A stretch of 64,000 nt of DNA from Nitrosopumilaceae archaeon (GTDB lineage Archaea > Thermoproteota > Nitrososphaeria > Nitrososphaerales > Nitrosopumilaceae). Below, piece by piece: positions 10,311 to 20,860 of the stretch (position 1 is its first letter; every line of letters starts with the position of its first letter). Under the pieces are notes generated by a model. The model had not been told where the DNA came from, did not search any database, and worked only from the letters and a program-made list of their open reading frames with translations. A program made the translations under genes and the position numbers. Location: NCBI GenBank assembly GCA_965214835.1, contig CBDCCK010000002.1:2400001-2464000 (forward strand), read 5' to 3'.

Positions 10311-11456
10311 ATGGGAAAGGTTCTGGGAATCATAGGCGGGGGGCAGCTTGGAATGATGCTCACCGAGGCCGCACGGCGCCTGCCCGACGAGATATCAGAG
10401 ACAATAGTGCTGGATCCGACGGAAAACTGCCCTGCCTCGCAGGCCGGCGCAAAGCAGATTGTGGCGGATTTCAAGGATCAGGGGGCAATCGAGGAGCTAG
10501 CCGAACGCTCGGACATAATCACGTACGAGATAGAATCAGGAAACAGCGACGTCCTGGGAAATCTGGAAAAAAGTACAACAATCAGCCCCTCGCCGGAGAC
10601 GCTCAGGATCATACAGGACAAGCTTTTGCAAAAGACAGAACTCTCAAGGAATGGCATCGGCGTGGCAGAGTTCCACGCAGTAGAGTCAGTTGGGGGCCTG
10701 AAAAAATCAATAGGCGAGTTTGGCTATCCCGTACTACTAAAGGCCCGCCGCGACGCATATGACGGCAGGGGAAACTACAAGATAGACTCGGAGGGGCAAA
10801 TCCAAGCCGCCTATGACTATTTCAAGGGCCAAAAACTAATGGTAGAAAGGTTCGTCCCGTTCAAAATGGAGGTCTCCGTGATTGCCGCAAGAAGCACAAA
10901 CGGGGAGATTGCGACGTACCCGCTAGTCGAAAACATGCACGAGCAAAACATCCTCAGGATGACCATTGCGCCTGCAAGGGTGGGTGGGGCAGTTGCAGAA
11001 GATGCCCAGAGGCTGGCAGAAAAGACAATGGAGGTGCTGCACGGCGCCGGGGTGTTTGGAATAGAGATGTTCGTCACGCAAGACGACGGGCTGCTGATCA
11101 ACGAGATAGCCCCCCGGGTGCACAATTCCGGACACCACTCGCTGCAGTCAAGCAGGACATCGCAGTTTGAGCAGCACCTGAGGGCAATAATGGGCATGCC
11201 GCTGGGCAGCACCGAGCTGGTCCGCCCCACAGTCATGTACAACATCCTGGGAGAGGCTGGGTTTGAGGGAAGATACGTGGTGGATGACCCGCACGTAGAT
11301 AACACATTCCTGAAGATGTACGGCAAAGAGTCAGCAAGGCCGAAAAGAAAGCTGGGCCACATCAACATAGTGGCAAGGCATGGGGAGGGCCTAGATGAAG
11401 TACTTGAGAGGCTTGAGACGGTAAAGGGTCACCAGATACTGCGCCCCGCAGGCTAG
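10311..11456 (+). CDS. purK: N5-CAIR synthase
   Basis: GIIGGGQLG, YDGRGN, NEIAPRVHNSGH, SQFEQHLRA, YGK...RKLGH. Confidence 0.95.
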   Translation: MGKVLGIIGGGQLGMMLTEAARRLPDEISETIVLDPTENCPASQAGAKQIVADFKDQGAIEELAERSDIITYEIESGNSDVLGNLEKSTTISPSPETLRIIQDKLLQKTELSRNGIGVAEFHAVESVGGLKKSIGEFGYPVLLKARRDAYDGRGNYKIDSEGQIQAAYDYFKGQKLMVERFVPFKMEVSVIAARSTNGEIATYPLVENMHEQNILRMTIAPARVGGAVAEDAQRLAEKTMEVLHGAGVFGIEMFVTQDDGLLINEIAPRVHNSGHHSLQSSRTSQFEQHLRAIMGMPLGSTELVRPTVMYNILGEAGFEGRYVVDDPHVDNTFLKMYGKESARPKRKLGHINIVARHGEGLDEVLERLETVKGHQILRPAG

Positions 11457-11980
11457 AGGATGTCAAGGGTCGCCACCCCGAAATAGTATCCTGCCGCAGT
11501 CAGCCCCATGCTCCAGGCACAGGAGCCGATGAACGTATAGACTGCAAATTTGGCAAGCCTCATGTTGAGCAGGCCCGCAGGTATGGATACCAGGGAGCGA
11601 ATCCCCGGAATCAGCCTTCCAAACAGCACGGACTTGTCGCCGTATTTTTCAAACCACTCCTGTGCGCGGGTTATCCTTTCCTCCTTTATCCGGATCTTGC
11701 GGGAGTACCTGACGATTGCCTCGCGTCCCAGCTTTAGCGCTATAAAGTATATGATAAACGCCCCCGCCGTGGAGCCGGCGCCGCCTGCCATTCCCGCACC
11801 GGCTATGTGAAGGACGCCCATGTCGTTTTGGAGTATCGTGTATCCTGCCAGCGGAAAGACGGCCTCGCTGGGAATCGGCGGAAAGACGGTCTCGATCAGC
11901 GCTGCCAGAAACACGCCCGGATAGAGGTTGCCTGCCACAAGATCAACGACCCACTGTACAAAGGCATGAATCTCGCTCAA
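11453..11980 (-). CDS. DedA family membrane protein
   Basis: ETVFPPIPSE, FEKYG...GRLIPGIRSLVSIPAG; probable TTG start at 11980. Confidence 0.9.
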   Translation of the reverse strand: MSEIHAFVQWVVDLVAGNLYPGVFLAALIETVFPPIPSEAVFPLAGYTILQNDMGVLHIAGAGMAGGAGSTAGAFIIYFIALKLGREAIVRYSRKIRIKEERITRAQEWFEKYGDKSVLFGRLIPGIRSLVSIPAGLLNMRLAKFAVYTFIGSCAWSMGLTAAGYYFGVATLDIL

Positions 11981-12108
11981 CCTCCACCGGGCTCCGTAAG
12001 GTAGTAGTGAAGCTCGGCATAGCACTCTGCACAGTACTCCCGTTCATCGGTATGCTCGCAGTCATACACCTTCCTGACATCCCTGAGGCATTTCTTGCAG
12101 ACCGGCAT
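11977..12108 (-). CDS. 43-aa zinc-finger-like small protein (below the ORF-track cutoff)
   Basis: MPVCKKCLRDVRKVYDCEHTDEREYCAECYAELHYYLTEPGGG*; its stop overlaps the DedA start (TTGA). Confidence 0.7.
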   Translation of the reverse strand: MPVCKKCLRDVRKVYDCEHTDEREYCAECYAELHYYLTEPGGG

Positions 12109-12120
12109 TTGCTCTCACAG

Positions 12121-12510
12121 TCAGGATTTTGCTATTTTGATGCCGCCCAGGGCAAGCTGGATTGCCGCAGGTGCAAACAGCATTGCAGTGGACGCTGCCG
12201 GATCCCTTTCGGGGGCATCGACTGCAGGCGCGGGACTTGCCAGTACGACCATCCCCCCTATGATGATCAGGATGCCCGAGATTACAATTAGGACTCCCAG
12301 TCCCCTTGAGGGCTCTTTACGTGAAATGAAGAATGCGATAATCGGCAGGATCAGCGCCGGGCCCCCCAGTCCCATGCCCCTTTGCATGTGATCAAGCGGC
12401 AGGAACCCGTGATCGCCGCCTGAGGACATTGCAGTTGCCACGTCGGCAGCATAGATCAGCAGCAGTCCTATCGCAATGCCGGTGATGATCAGGGAGGCAG
12501 TCAGGGCCAT
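12121..12510 (-). CDS. Hypothetical membrane protein (about 4 TM)
   Basis: Hydrophobic segments; co-oriented with the zinc-finger and DedA genes. Confidence 0.75.
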   Translation of the reverse strand: MALTASLIITGIAIGLLLIYAADVATAMSSGGDHGFLPLDHMQRGMGLGGPALILPIIAFFISRKEPSRGLGVLIVISGILIIIGGMVVLASPAPAVDAPERDPAASTAMLFAPAAIQLALGGIKIAKS

Positions 12511-12610
12511 GTTTCGGGTCACAGGAGGCCGTTAATAAATTTGATGAGGACGATCGAGGGCCCGGCACCTGACCGATAAGTTTGAATGAGCAGGCAGGCA
12601 GAATCCATCC

Positions 12611-13282
12611 ATGCATGCCGTGGTTCTGGCAGGTGGGTTCGGGAAAAGGCTCAAGCCGATCACAGACTATGTCCCAAAGCCGCTGGTTCCGATTGACAAC
12701 GTCCCAATCATAGAGTGGCAGGTAAGATACCTAAAGGGGTTCGGCGTAAAGGACGTCACAGTTTGCACGGGATACAAGACAGATCAGATTGAAAAATTCC
12801 TCAAATCCAAGTCCGACTTTGGCATAAGGATCAGTGTATCCGTGGAGAAGACGCCGCTGGGGACGGGGGGCGCCATAAGGCGTGCGCGCGATTACATCAA
12901 GGGGAGGAGCTTTCTCGTGCTAAACGGGGACACCATAACGGACATCAGCCTAAAGGCGATGCAAAAGAAGGTCAATACGGTGGCAGGCATAGAGCTGAGA
13001 ACGCAGTTTGGCACGCTGGGCATATCGGGCAGCAGAGTCACGGCGTTTGAGGAGAAAAAGCCAGTAAGCGGCGTCTGGATGAACGCGGGGATTTACCACC
13101 TGTCTGCAGACGTGCTTGGGCAGCTCCCAAGAAGGGGCGACATTGAAAAGACGACGCTTCCCGAGATGTCGAGGCAGGGGAGGCTGTCCGTTACAAAGTT
13201 TTATGATGCAATGTGGCACTCGATTGACTCCCACAAGGACATAGAGGAGTGCTCAAGGGTCGTAGGCTCCATCATAAAATAG
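12611..13282 (+). CDS. Sugar-phosphate nucleotidyltransferase
   Basis: VVLAGGFGKRLKPIT..PKPL, PLGTGGA, LNGD, NAGIY. Confidence 0.9.
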   Translation: MHAVVLAGGFGKRLKPITDYVPKPLVPIDNVPIIEWQVRYLKGFGVKDVTVCTGYKTDQIEKFLKSKSDFGIRISVSVEKTPLGTGGAIRRARDYIKGRSFLVLNGDTITDISLKAMQKKVNTVAGIELRTQFGTLGISGSRVTAFEEKKPVSGVWMNAGIYHLSADVLGQLPRRGDIEKTTLPEMSRQGRLSVTKFYDAMWHSIDSHKDIEECSRVVGSIIK

Positions 13283-13750
13283 GATCGGGCGCCGGTGGAC
13301 GGAGTGTCCGGGGTCATGTCACCCTTGCCGGACATGCGCAAGAACCACAACCGCATGCAGGCCTGTGCACATGGCGCGTACAGCTGAAAGTGGATCTTTT
13401 TTTACCGGTGTATGATGTGTCGATCATGATCCGTTTTTTGGCGTGCGCGCCAGCTGCTTGGGGGCGTTGCCCCGTATGACGGAATCATCGATCCGTTCGG
13501 CAGCCACCACGCGGAGTCCACAATAAAATGGGATCAGGCACCCGCGCGGTGCAGGGTAACCATCATGTATGCCATCTCGCTGACAAAGGCGTCGTCGCAG
13601 GTACTTGAGGCATATTGGTTAGCTCGTTTCCAGAAACCGGCATCCTGCCCGGATTCCGTCTTGACTGCGGCCATGGATGTTACTTGCAGAATCGAGGATA
13701 ACACCGAGCCTCAACGATTTTTAACAAAGTGCTAAAAGTGTGGGTGTGGG

Positions 13751-14560
13751 CTAGATCCGTCTCTTGATCCAGTCGGCCACAATCTTCTTTGCCAGCTCGT
13801 CAGATTCCATGCCCTTGCGCTCTGACTGCTTTTCTAAAAAGCCGGACTGGCGCTTGGATAAGACGATCGGTATCTTTTGCCTTGTCTTGAGCTTTTTTGC
13901 CCTTCTCAGGATTGCGTCATGCCTCATTTTTGGGTTTGCGGCAAGAATCTTGATGTACTGCCTTCGTATCGGAGGGTCGTACCTTCCAATCCTGTTTGCC
14001 ACCAGGACGGCCTTTTTGGTGTTGGGCATTGCGACGTGAAGCCTGGTCGCCTCGTCCCTAGATATTGTCTTTGGAACCAACTCCTTGAGTCTTTCTGGCA
14101 CTCCGGCAAACCCGTGGAGTTTTTTAAACGTCGGCAGGGACATTCCGAGGGTCTTGGCGGCCTTGGACTGGGATTTTAGCTGCTCGGCCAAAAAGACGCA
14201 GGAGCTGGCCAGCTCCCGCTGGCTCATGTTCTTTCTGTGGATGTTCTCGATCACCGATGCGGCCTTTGCATCCTCCAGATCGTACTGCGTTTTCTTTGTG
14301 ATCACCAAGACCGGGACCTTTTTTGCGCGTAGGCGCTTGAGTGCGGCAAGTCTCCTCTGGCCTGCCATCAGCATGTATTGCTTGCCCTCCTTTTGAACAA
14401 GGGGGGGGTTTTGGAGCCCTTCTGCCCTGATCGACTTTGCCAGCTCGGCAATGCCCTCTCGGTCCAGCCTTCGTGCCTGGGCATCCTTCCAGATTTTGAT
14501 CTGTTTTACTGGGATCTCTCTGAGCTTGTAGTCTATTCTGGACTTGAATCTTTTTGCCAA
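13751..14560 (-). CDS. ParB/Spo0J-like protein
   Basis: ELAKSIRAEGLQNPP, AGQRRLAA, ENIHRKNMS, followed by an HTH-like segment. Confidence 0.88.
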   Translation of the reverse strand: MAKRFKSRIDYKLREIPVKQIKIWKDAQARRLDREGIAELAKSIRAEGLQNPPLVQKEGKQYMLMAGQRRLAALKRLRAKKVPVLVITKKTQYDLEDAKAASVIENIHRKNMSQRELASSCVFLAEQLKSQSKAAKTLGMSLPTFKKLHGFAGVPERLKELVPKTISRDEATRLHVAMPNTKKAVLVANRIGRYDPPIRRQYIKILAANPKMRHDAILRRAKKLKTRQKIPIVLSKRQSGFLEKQSERKGMESDELAKKIVADWIKRRI

Positions 14561-14681
14561 GTGTATTGTATGAAGCTTTAATTCTGTTAAACCATGGTGG
14601 TTTGTTTTGTTTAACTAGTGGATATGATATTTTTGCAGGATTTTTGACAAAAGATAAAGTATAGATCGGTTTTAGATCAGC

Positions 14682-15650
14682 ATGAGGCTGTCATTTAGCC
14701 TGGGATCGCTGCTCAGCATACAGGACATCCGGGATTGTCTTAAATACCTGTCAAAAAGCGAGCCTGATGCGATCTGGATTCCAGAAACCTGGGGGATGGA
14801 GGGCTTTTCTATGCTGTCAGCAGTAGCTGCAAGGACGGAATCGGCAAAGATCGGCTCGTCTATCATCAACATATACTCTAGGAGCCCGTCGCTGATCGGG
14901 ATGGGTGCAGTAACGGTTGATACGCTGTCTGGGGGCAGGCTGATTCTGGGGCTGGGCACAAGCAGCCTGCCCATCGTCGAGGACTTTCACGGGAGCCCGT
15001 TTGAGAGGCCGCTGTCCAGGATGAGGGAATACGTGGAAATCCTCCGGCTGGTCACGTCTGGCAAGACGGTCGACTTTGAGGGCCAGTTTTTCAAGCTGAG
15101 GAACTTTGCACTGCTGATCAAGCCGTACAGGGACAAAATCCCGGTCTACCTTGCAGCGGTAAACCGTGGAATGGTGGGACTGGCCCGGGAGCTGGCAGAC
15201 GGGGTGATTTTTTACCTGCGGCCAAAGTCAGAAATGAGGCAGACCATCCGGGCAATGCAGGCAGGCAGGAAGATCGACGTTACCTGCCAGATAATCACGT
15301 CGGTGTCCGAAGACCCGGAGAGCGCCATCGAGCGTGCAAAAAGGACGCTGTCGTTTTATGTGGCAGTCGGAAAGGTTTATCGGGATTTTTTGGCAAGAAA
15401 CGGGTACCTGGAGGAGACCGAGTCGGTGCTAGAGGAGTACAAAAAATCAGGCCTGCAGAACACACACAACTATATCACCGAAAAGATGCTGCGGGACTTG
15501 ACAATCTGCGGGACCCCAGAGGAGTCAAGAAGGCAGCTAGATGAGTTCAGGGCGACGGGCATAGACCTGCCCATCATACAGTTCAACCCGGCAGGGGATG
15601 CAAGGGACTCCTTTGGACTGCTGCAAAAGACGTTTTCTGATGCGCAATGA
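14682..15650 (+). CDS. LLM-class (probably F420-dependent) oxidoreductase
   Basis: WIPETWG, IGSSIINIYSRSP, LSGGRLILGLG, ELADG. Confidence 0.88.
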   Translation: MRLSFSLGSLLSIQDIRDCLKYLSKSEPDAIWIPETWGMEGFSMLSAVAARTESAKIGSSIINIYSRSPSLIGMGAVTVDTLSGGRLILGLGTSSLPIVEDFHGSPFERPLSRMREYVEILRLVTSGKTVDFEGQFFKLRNFALLIKPYRDKIPVYLAAVNRGMVGLARELADGVIFYLRPKSEMRQTIRAMQAGRKIDVTCQIITSVSEDPESAIERAKRTLSFYVAVGKVYRDFLARNGYLEETESVLEEYKKSGLQNTHNYITEKMLRDLTICGTPEESRRQLDEFRATGIDLPIIQFNPAGDARDSFGLLQKTFSDAQ

Positions 15651-16756
15651 GCAAGGTGGGAGTATCTGCATTTGGAGGCACGAGCTTTACAACGGAGGGC
15701 CGGCCGATAGGCGAGATCATGTTTGATGCGGCAAGGTCGCTACTTCAAAGCAATGACAACATAGACAGAAAGGACATCGACACGGTACTGGTATCTACCA
15801 ACGACAACACAAAGTATCTTGGCGCAATAGTCTCCGAGTCCGTCGGCATACGGCCAAGAATCAGCCACAGCGTTGAGAGCATGTGCAGCTCGGGGGCAAA
15901 TGCCATAGTCTCTGCATACTCTTACATCGCATCGGGGCTGGGCAGTGCCGCGCTGGTCGTGGGGGCAGACAGGTTTGACGGGCCCGGACAGATCCTGGAA
16001 TGGGACGAGTCGCGAGGGGAGTTTAGGCATCCGATATTTTGGGCGTCCCTGTTTTCAAAGTCATACAAGAGCCGCCTTGGCGCAGACCCGGAGGATCTGG
16101 CGTCAATACCTGCAAAGAACCACCGCAACGCGCAGGATAACCCAAATGCCATCTCGAGGAAGGCATACAGCATAGAGGAGGTGCTTGGCTCAAGGAAACT
16201 GACGGAGGATCTGAGGCTACTAGAGTGCTCTAGGCCGTCGACGGGGGGATCTGCAGTCCTGCTGACGTCTGAGGTGCTCACAGCGGAGATTACCGACGAA
16301 CCGGTTTGGATTTCAGGCATAGGCCAGAGGACGACATCTGCTGGATTTACGAGAACCGAGGATCTTGCCGGGATGCGCTCGACGCAGGATGCTGCCAGGC
16401 AGGCGTTTGACATGGCAGGGATCGGGCCCGGATGCGTAGATGTCGCAGAGGTCCATGACGCGTTTGCGGTATGCGAGGCCCTGGCAGTCGAGGATACGGG
16501 CATGGCCAAAAAGGGACTCGGCGCGAGGTTCTCAAGGGAGCTGTTTGAGACAGGGAGCAGGATGGTCAATCCAAGGGGCGGGCTGATAGGCTCCGGACAC
16601 CCCCCGGGGGCCACAGGAGTCGCCCAGACAGCTGAGATCGTGCAGCAGCTGCAGGGCAAGGCAGAGAGGAGGCAGGCAGACTCCCCGCAAGTGGGGCTGG
16701 TACACAACATGTCTGCAGCTGCCACCTCGTCTACGGTTCTGGTGATGACCAGATGA
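15647..16756 (+). CDS. Thiolase family protein
   Basis: ESMCSSG, AEVHDAF, VNPRGGLIGSGHPPGATG, VHNM. Confidence 0.9.
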   Translation: MSKVGVSAFGGTSFTTEGRPIGEIMFDAARSLLQSNDNIDRKDIDTVLVSTNDNTKYLGAIVSESVGIRPRISHSVESMCSSGANAIVSAYSYIASGLGSAALVVGADRFDGPGQILEWDESRGEFRHPIFWASLFSKSYKSRLGADPEDLASIPAKNHRNAQDNPNAISRKAYSIEEVLGSRKLTEDLRLLECSRPSTGGSAVLLTSEVLTAEITDEPVWISGIGQRTTSAGFTRTEDLAGMRSTQDAARQAFDMAGIGPGCVDVAEVHDAFAVCEALAVEDTGMAKKGLGARFSRELFETGSRMVNPRGGLIGSGHPPGATGVAQTAEIVQQLQGKAERRQADSPQVGLVHNMSAAATSSTVLVMTR

Positions 16757-17046
16757 GTCCGTTGAGGATCTCAAAGTGCACAGAATGCAGCACGACGGCG
16801 TGGCCTGTTCGGCCCCACTGCAGCAGATGTCTTGGGCAGATGCGGGAGGCAGATGCCTCCGATGAGGGCAGGATCATCGAATGCTCCCAAAAGGACGGGA
16901 GTTACTTTTGCATGGCAGAGTTTGACGGTGTCAGGCTATTGTGCAGGCTGGACTCCAAATCCCCCCCAAGGGCTGGCCAAAAGGCCAGGTTTCTGGGCCA
17001 TGAAAAAGCCGGACAGGCGCATAGCTTTATCATTGAGCCAGTCTAG
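16753..17046 (+). CDS. DUF35-type Zn-ribbon/OB-fold thiolase partner
   Basis: CTEC...WP...CSRC; overlaps the thiolase stop codon. Confidence 0.8.
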   Translation: MSPLRISKCTECSTTAWPVRPHCSRCLGQMREADASDEGRIIECSQKDGSYFCMAEFDGVRLLCRLDSKSPPRAGQKARFLGHEKAGQAHSFIIEPV

Positions 17047-17137
17047 GTTATTGCGGTATAACCAGCTATACTAAATGTGGGGATTTTTTTACAAGAACAT
17101 GGTTAAGGGATCCTTTGGAACGGTCACCGTGGAGAAA

Positions 17138-17647
17138 ATGGGGGCAAAATCAACGCAGAACAAAAAAATCGCAAGAACAAGGCGCCAGAGGGGGTATGCG
17201 TGGGAGGATACGCTGGTCAAGCGGTTTAACGGGACGGAGGCCTGGCAGGGATTTCGTCTGGGCTCGCCTAGCGTGGCGCTGCCGGACATTCTGGCGATCA
17301 GCAACAAAAAGAGCATAATTTACACGATTGAGGCAAAATCCGGAACCGGCACCACGCTGCAGGTGCCCCTTGATCAAATTGTGAGATGCCTCAAATGGGC
17401 CAACACGTTTAAGGTATACAAGACAAGAAGGGTGGTTCTGGCGTTCAAGTTTTTGTCCAAAAAGAGGATAGGGGTGGGCAAGTACGAGAATCGGCAACTG
17501 CGGGAGTTTTTCAAGATGTGGAGTGCAAAAGCCAAGCCGGTTGATTGCGTGTGCACGTATGATGGGGAGACGTATGCGATCAGAGACGGCATGCGTGAAA
17601 AGCTCACACTGAAAGAGTATCAGATGCCCTTCCAAAGACAGCACTAG
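17138..17647 (+). CDS. hjc: Archaeal Holliday junction resolvase-like nuclease
   Basis: RGYAWE...GSPSVALPDILA...IEAKS (PD-ExK); start approximate. Confidence 0.8.
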   Translation: MGAKSTQNKKIARTRRQRGYAWEDTLVKRFNGTEAWQGFRLGSPSVALPDILAISNKKSIIYTIEAKSGTGTTLQVPLDQIVRCLKWANTFKVYKTRRVVLAFKFLSKKRIGVGKYENRQLREFFKMWSAKAKPVDCVCTYDGETYAIRDGMREKLTLKEYQMPFQRQH

Positions 17648-17684
17648 GATTTCTAGCTTGTTGCATGGCCGGTAGACAGAAATG

Positions 17685-17779
17685 GTAGCAGTTCGGGTTC
17701 TGAAGGCCGTTCCTGATTTCGGGCACGAGCATGCGGCCATATCTTCATAGTACACACGGACATGTGCGGATCTGCAGGC
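17685..17779. mobile_element. Degenerate IS66-derived MITE
   Basis: GTAGCAGTTCGGGTTCTGAAGGCCGTTCCTGATT...GAGCTGTTTC resembles the ends at 7814 and 38718. Confidence 0.5.
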
Positions 17780-18259
17780 AGCTTTGCTTGAGCTGTTTCG
17801 AGTTTGAAGCCGTCTTGTGGGGAACTTTTGGGAAAACTGTGATTGCAGAAAAAAATTTAAGCATGCAGGTCATTTTCATGTATGGCAAAAAACATGATCA
17901 AAACAATTCCCATCTCTAAGCTTTTAATCAACCCCAAGAACCCTCGTTTTAGTCCCGTATCAAACCAGGATGAAGCAGTTCAATTAATGCTTGATCGAGA
18001 GGGTTTGGGAATAAAAAACCTGGCAAAAGACATAGCACATCATGGAATTAACCCAACAAAGATTCCTGCGGTTCTATCTAAAAACGGAAAATTTCTCACA
18101 CTTGAAGGAAACAGACGTATGCTCGTGTTAAAACTTCTAGACGATCCAAAAAAGACAAACGACCAAGCAATGAGGGAGTTCTTTTACAACCTGAAAGCAA
18201 AAAATCCCGGGCACATTGTTGATAAGATACCGTGTAGGGTTTTTGAGGATGAGGACGAC

Positions 18260-19931
18260 GTAATAGGTTAGCCCCTGCCTAGAGTTAAAGTCACACCCAC
18301 CGTCTTTTCAGGCATGAAAATCACAACTGCAGGCAGATTAGTGCAGGATTGCTAGGGGCAGACGACCACGTACCCGGGGTTTCTGACCAGCGCGTCCCTG
18401 ATCATGTCCGTAACGTTGCACCCCCGGAGGCGCCATGTCTCGATGCACGTCAACATGTTACCGAACATCTTCTGTCCGTCTTTTGTCCGCAGTCCGAACC
18501 GTATCTTGCGCGCGATCACGCCGGGCCTCAGCGTGCGCTCTGCCAGGTTGTTGGTGGGATCCATCCCAGGACGCGTCGTAAACGTGTAGAGGAACTCCGA
18601 GGCGTTGTCAATCTTTGTGGCACAGCTGTCACATCCTTCCTTCCTGTATATGGCGGCAATCTCGCGTGTTTCTGCCACCCGACTGTCGTGCTGCCTGGCA
18701 GCCTCCTCCGGCGGCCCCGGCCCCTTGGCGCAATGCATCTGCCACTTGAGGCGCTCGCCTGCGGCGCGAACCTCCGGGGAGTCCGTTTTCTCGCTTTGGG
18801 CATCTGCCTCCCGGATTATGTGGGCCCAGCACCGCTGCCTGTTCCTGCCAAAGAACTTGTCGTATCCGGGGTATCCGTCAGTCACCCCGACTCTGGGCAC
18901 GTATGAAAAGTGCTCATCCAGTACGGATGCCCTCCTGCTGTCAGTTGCCACCATGTGCGCACCGACTGCCCTGCCGTCCTTGACTCCCACTGCCACCCAC
19001 ATGTAGCCGCTCTTGCCGTCGTATGGCATCCCCGTCTCGTCCATGTGGACGTGGTCGCATCCTGCAATGTCTTTTTTGATGTCCTCCACGCACGGATCAA
19101 GCTTCTTTGCAACGGCCTTGAGGCAGTTCTGTATCATCGCCTTGCTTACATCAATTTCAAAGATCTCCTTTACGATGCGCCTGATCGAGTCGACGGATGC
19201 CGGCATGGTGTACAGGGTGCCGATATAGGAGGCAATGTTGGGTCCAAACTCGGTGCCCGGAACGACCAGCCCGCCCCCGTTTGTCGTGGTGATGGCGCCG
19301 CACTTGCGGCACTTGCGGCGGGTAAAGTAGTGCTGTGTCGTGACCGGCTCTGGGATCTCTGGAATGTCAGTAGCCATCCTAGTTCCGGCGGGAACCGGAT
19401 CTGTCAGGTCGCGCCCGTTGCACGCGCCGCACATGTCAGGCACGTGGTTCATTTCCCGGGTCGGTGTTCTCCTGTGTGATATGCCCTCGTGTCCGGGCCT
19501 GCGGCCCGGCCTTGTAGGTGCCCTTCCAGATGCCCCTGCCGCGGCTGCTGCCTTTTTCTGCCTGGTCGGAATCGAGTTCTGCGAGGAGGGGCTGTGCGGG
19601 TTCTCATAATATGTGATGCGTTGTTTGAACTGCTTGATTTGTGCTGTCTGCGTCGCGATTTGCGCGGCAGAGACGGCATTGTCAGATTTGCGTCCCGCCT
19701 TCTCAGCGGCAAGCTCCTCCCGTGTCCTCTGATGTTCCTTCTGCTCCTTCTGAAGCTTGCCTTGCGTCCTCTGATGTTCCTTCTGCTCCTTCTGAAGTTC
19801 CGCTTTTTCGCGGGCAAGCTCATTGCATAGTTCCTTGAATTCCGAGGCTGTAGGCATGTATTTCCCGGGTAATGATAGTTTATAGATCAGGTGGTCAGAA
19901 AAAATCAACTAGGCAGGGGCTAACCTATTAC
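18260..19931 (-). mobile_element. IS66-family element, copy 2 (intact)
   Basis: Perfect 23-bp TIR GTAATAGGTTAGCCCCTGCCTAG; 8-bp TSD AGGACGAC at 18252-18259 and 19932-19939. Confidence 0.95.
18352..19857 (-). CDS. IS66 transposase
   Basis: Coiled coil, NPHSPSSQ, CxxC pairs, HMDETG, TDGY, QRCWAH, TNNLAERTLR. Confidence 0.92.
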   Translation of the reverse strand: MPTASEFKELCNELAREKAELQKEQKEHQRTQGKLQKEQKEHQRTREELAAEKAGRKSDNAVSAAQIATQTAQIKQFKQRITYYENPHSPSSQNSIPTRQKKAAAAAGASGRAPTRPGRRPGHEGISHRRTPTREMNHVPDMCGACNGRDLTDPVPAGTRMATDIPEIPEPVTTQHYFTRRKCRKCGAITTTNGGGLVVPGTEFGPNIASYIGTLYTMPASVDSIRRIVKEIFEIDVSKAMIQNCLKAVAKKLDPCVEDIKKDIAGCDHVHMDETGMPYDGKSGYMWVAVGVKDGRAVGAHMVATDSRRASVLDEHFSYVPRVGVTDGYPGYDKFFGRNRQRCWAHIIREADAQSEKTDSPEVRAAGERLKWQMHCAKGPGPPEEAARQHDSRVAETREIAAIYRKEGCDSCATKIDNASEFLYTFTTRPGMDPTNNLAERTLRPGVIARKIRFGLRTKDGQKMFGNMLTCIETWRLRGCNVTDMIRDALVRNPGYVVVCP

Positions 19932-20860
19932 AGGACGACGCATATCACTGGATAGAGTTAGAACACACAGGACAGAACAAGGGAGTCGGGGTAAAGCCGT
20001 GGAGTCCAGAGCAAAAAGACAGGTTTTTGAGAAAGTCATCAAAAAAAATCCAGGTTTTTGAATTTGCCGATTCTCACGGTATTGACAGGGCCAACGTGGA
20101 TCCAAGCAGCCTCGATCGACTGATAAACGATCCGCATGTCAACAACACAATAGGAGTATCGTTTCCAGATGGCAAATTAGAGCTTAAAAAACCCACTCAA
20201 GCGGTTATAAGAAACCTGTCCAAGACGTTGGCCAAAATGTCAAAAAGTGAATTCAGGGTGGGTGACATATACACCAAGGATAGCAGGGCAAAGTGGATTG
20301 ATGACATCATAAAAACCCAAGGTGCAAAAAAAAATCCCACAGAAAAACTGGGTGCCGATGGCGGACAAAAAGGAAAGAAAGCCTTGCCAAAATCCACCAA
20401 CAGAAAGCGACTCATTCCGGACGGCCTTGCCTTGGTAATTAAACAGGCGAAAATCAACAATATTTTCAGGGAACTCAGGGATGATCTGGTATTGGATGGG
20501 AGAAAGGCAACACCTAACGCCGTTGCCGTATTATTCAGGGTGTTTCTGGAATCTAGCCTGCACCACTATCTTGACAGAAACGGCATACCGTCTGCCAAAA
20601 CCACAACGATAACCCAAATGATTGCAAAAGTAACGCAGCACATGAAAGAAAACGGCATAGCCAATGAAAACCAGCTCAAGGCAATCAGAATAACATCCAG
20701 CAAGACCAGCGATATTCTTCACGTAGACAGACTACACGAGTACGTGCATGACGAGCGCATTATGCCAGATTCGGACGGCTTGAAGTCAAGATGGGACAAC
20801 CTGCAGGAATTCTTTGAAATACTGTGGAATGCCCTTGGCAAAAAGAACGGGTAAATCGAC

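Larger units (their letters stand above)
17882..20854 (+). pseudogene. ParB-like N-terminal / HEPN-like C-terminal protein (430 aa reconstructed), split by IS66
   Basis: LLINPKNPRF and LEGNRR; removing the IS and one AGGACGAC gives in-frame EDEDD-AYHWIELEHTG..KPWSPEQK; C-terminus has AVLFRVFLE..RLHEYVH. Confidence 0.85.
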
